Below are positions 61,561 through 64,000 of a stretch of DNA of 64,000 bases, piece after piece. Origin of the DNA: Guillardia theta CCMP2712 (Eukaryota > Protista > Cryptophyta). The DNA is taken from positions 23,677 through 87,676 of the forward strand of contig NW_005434633.1 of NCBI RefSeq assembly GCF_000315625.1, in the 5' to 3' direction. Each line of letters starts with the position of its first letter. Position 1 is the stretch's first letter. The notes beneath the pieces were generated by a model. That model was not told where the DNA came from. It did not search any database and worked only from the letters and a program-made list of their open reading frames with translations. The translations under genes and the position numbers were made by a program.

Positions 61561-61935
61561 CGCTGCTTGCGATGTTGCTTCAGAAATTTCTCGGTTTGAA
61601 TCGCAGAAGCTGCTGCACTTGAGCCTCATTTGGGAGAGTGCGGAGAGCAGAGATCCGAGTAGTCCGCTTCATGGGCGCTCGGGAGCGGGCTTGCAGTAAC
61701 ATCCCACGTGGGTAGGTGACCATGCAGGCTGTGGCGATACTAGTCGGGAGGTAGATGCGGGCTGTGCTCTGCTGTCAGCCGGCCGGGCTGTCGGGAGAGG
61801 TCTTGACGCATCGGTGGGCATCCCGACGGCGGGTGTGAATGCCGGCCGCACATCGTCTCGACCATAAGCAGCATTAATTACCAAGGCTGTGACAGGGACA
61901 GCTGTGATGTATTACGATCGCAACAGGAGGCGGCT

Positions 61936-62964
61936 TCAAGCTATTCGCAAACTATGTCTCTCCTCCCGCACTGTGCCAGGGACTGGGTCCCGGCGCAAGC
62001 TGACGGCAGCCTTACAGCATCGCGCTTCTACATCACTTGGTCTCATCCTTGAGGTAGTCATAGAGAGATCGTTAAGCGCATTCATGGCGTCAGCCTTGCA
62101 ATGAAAGTAGTCGTCCGACATGTATGCTGCTAGTCCGTTGAGGAGCTCTGCTCTGAGGGCCTTGTCTCTTGATCTCATGTCAGCGACTTCCATCCTGAGG
62201 AGCTCGATTTCTGACCTGCTGGCATCGAGATCTGTTCGAATGGGAGCATAGCACACAAACATGGGCACTTGCCAGTCGAAAAGCTCGCAAAGGTCGGGAT
62301 CAGCCTTGGCCTCTGACAAGAACGATCTCACTACCTCAGCCCCGAGCTCGAAGTCTTCTCTCTTGCCATTCACCAGTATCCCCGTAGCTGCAATCCTCGC
62401 TTGCTCTCCGATAAACTCCTCCTTCAGAACGTGACATAGCCGGCTGAGCTGGTAGATCTTTTCGCACACCTTGTCTGGCGTCTCTGCCATCTCGAACGAG
62501 ATGTACTCGTGCTGTTTGACATGTACTTGCTTGTAATCCGCCGACCCCGCCGGGCCCGGCATGACTGCTATGACGTCGCTCGCTGGGTTGTCTATCACGG
62601 TCTGGAGCAAGACAGAGAGATACGCATCGTGCTTCAAACAGACCGTCATGTCAGCTTGACAAACCATCCCCTCGTGAGGATCGCCTCGCTCGCTCTCAGA
62701 GGTTCCGTTAAAGAGCATGCTTGGCGGCAGGCTCTGGGGGACCTTGGACTGGAAGCAAGCATTGAGCTTCATGCGGAACCGCTGCGAAGACGCCTTGCCT
62801 CGCTCGAGCTTCTTCACGTCGCTGTAACCGAGCTCGAGGCTATGTCGTTGATACGCTCCTACCTTGAAGACCGCAGCGAGGACCTGGAGGGGCATGGTGC
62901 GCGTGGTCGACAAGTGCGCTATGGTACCGCTGCCACGCAGGAAGAGCTCTTCTTGTTCCGCCAT
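61936..62964 (-). CDS. ORF311 family copy B5, with a 1-codon N-terminal deletion and a frameshifted, extended C-terminus
   Basis: Same core sequence; an indel near 62065 changes the tail. Confidence 0.6.
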   Translation of the reverse strand: MAEQEELFLRGSGTIAHLSTTRTMPLQVLAAVFKVGAYQRHSLELGYSDVKKLERGKASSQRFRMKLNACFQSKVPQSLPPSMLFNGTSESERGDPHEGMVCQADMTVCLKHDAYLSVLLQTVIDNPASDVIAVMPGPAGSADYKQVHVKQHEYISFEMAETPDKVCEKIYQLSRLCHVLKEEFIGEQARIAATGILVNGKREDFELGAEVVRSFLSEAKADPDLCELFDWQVPMFVCYAPIRTDLDASRSEIELLRMEVADMRSRDKALRAELLNGLAAYMSDDYFHCKADAMNALNDLSMTTSRMRPSDVEARCCKAAVSLRRDPVPGTVREERHSLRIA

Positions 62965-64000
62965 AGTCGCTGCCGGCGCAGCGGAAGATGCCGCGGTCGT
63001 TCCCCTTCAAGGCTTGCATCATGGGCCATATTACCTTCAGTAGTAGTGTGACCTCTTCCGACATCACGAGAATAGTTCCCAGACTCCGACCATGGTAGTT
63101 TGGGAATTCTATGTTCGATGTATTGAGCAACCATCGGAAAGTTTATGCAACTCAGAGGTAAGGTGGTGGTTGTCAGACGATCTTGCCAAGATCGCTTCAT
63201 GAACGCTCCTGGGAATTATGAAAGATTGATACAATGATTTACACCAGCGGTCTCGAACGCGATTTCAAGGCCGCACATGGAACAATTAGTTTGTTGCAAG
63301 GGAAAGTGGAGGGGCAGAACAGGAGGAATGACTGCGTTAGCCCGAACAGCAGTGTTCATGGCGTCAGGCAGCGCGACGGTGTCAAAGATTTTATAGCATG
63401 CATCCGCTTGAATGGAGGCCCGGGAGCCGAGGGCTTCTGTTGGTATGAATACGCATCTATGTTTATCTATCAGAACATGGCCCTCCAATCACAACACGAA
63501 GCCCCGATGGAGGAACTGATAATGGATGTTCGATCCATGCAAGTACAAACCTGTCAACTTGGCGAATCAGGATAAGCTGCTCAGCAAGTCTCAGGCGACA
63601 TCTCCTCCTCTAGTAGTTGGCGTCCGCCCTGAAGTTCATAGAATCATCCCCTTGCCCTGATTCTAATTCCTCACATTGAACCTGCTAAGGTGATTCGGCA
63701 TGTTCTGCCCGGCCGAACTCGGGACTTAAGCCAGGGCAAGGTTCCGTACTAGCCGGGAACCTTACTCTGAGCTGAGGCCACGACGGGGCGGGCGGGCCTG
63801 CCTTCACTGTCTCGGAACTCGCCGGGCCAGGAGGGCCGCGACGGTTGCACGGGGTCGCATGAGTAATTATATGGGCCCGCATGAATAAATTGCATGTGCT
63901 AGCACAAGTAGCCTGGCGGAATAGTTGCCGCAAGACTTGACAAGATCATGGTAGCTGGTTCTCCTGGAGGAGATTGCCGTGAGATTGACTGCAGCCCGAC

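Larger units (their letters stand above)
55630..64000 (-). repeat. Long direct repeat with a ~5982-bp period (55.63-58.02 kb recurs at 61.62-64.0 kb and runs off the window)
   Basis: ORF start 56982 vs 62964; agatcatggtagctgg at 57961 vs 63943. Confidence 0.9.

Noticed and set aside
55630-64000. Assignment as a Helitron or TIR transposon
   Set aside because: No Rep/helicase or DDE transposase, and no convincing hairpin-CTRR end or TIRs found by eye; only a short palindrome, TGTGCTAGCACA, near 57913.

Overview
Eukaryotic nuclear DNA from an intron-rich protist. Short GT-AG introns (many ~50 nt), GAG/TCC-rich tracts, flagellar genes and an Rh-type channel fit a cryptophyte such as Guillardia; this is inferred from style, not from a search. 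Ordinary spliced genes: cNMP-binding protein 3' end, NHL-repeat protein, equilibrative nucleoside transporter, IFT22/RABL5, Rh ammonium transporter, EHD/dynamin-like GTPase, SMP-30/gluconolactonase, Trk/HKT K+ transporter, RPS26 and a Tctex-1 dynein light chain. Relics: a decayed LINE with a clean internal inversion, a high-GC3 intronless island that looks viral, and an aquaporin fragment beside an assembly gap. The main feature is a repeat system of eight near-identical copies of an intronless ~311-aa ORF (here ORF311) with a degenerate restriction-endonuclease-like motif. The copies form two oppositely oriented arrays (13.0-18.6 kb on +; 49.9-64 kb on -). The ~1.95-kb units have captured the 3' half of the neighbouring IFT22 gene and have mosaic junctions. 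An apparent ~5.98-kb parent unit also carries an intact Crinkler/RHS-like NTPase+REase gene plus Crypton-like and gypsy-like fragments. No rRNA, tRNA or CRISPR array was seen. Coordinates of multi-exon genes are spans, and some ends are approximate.
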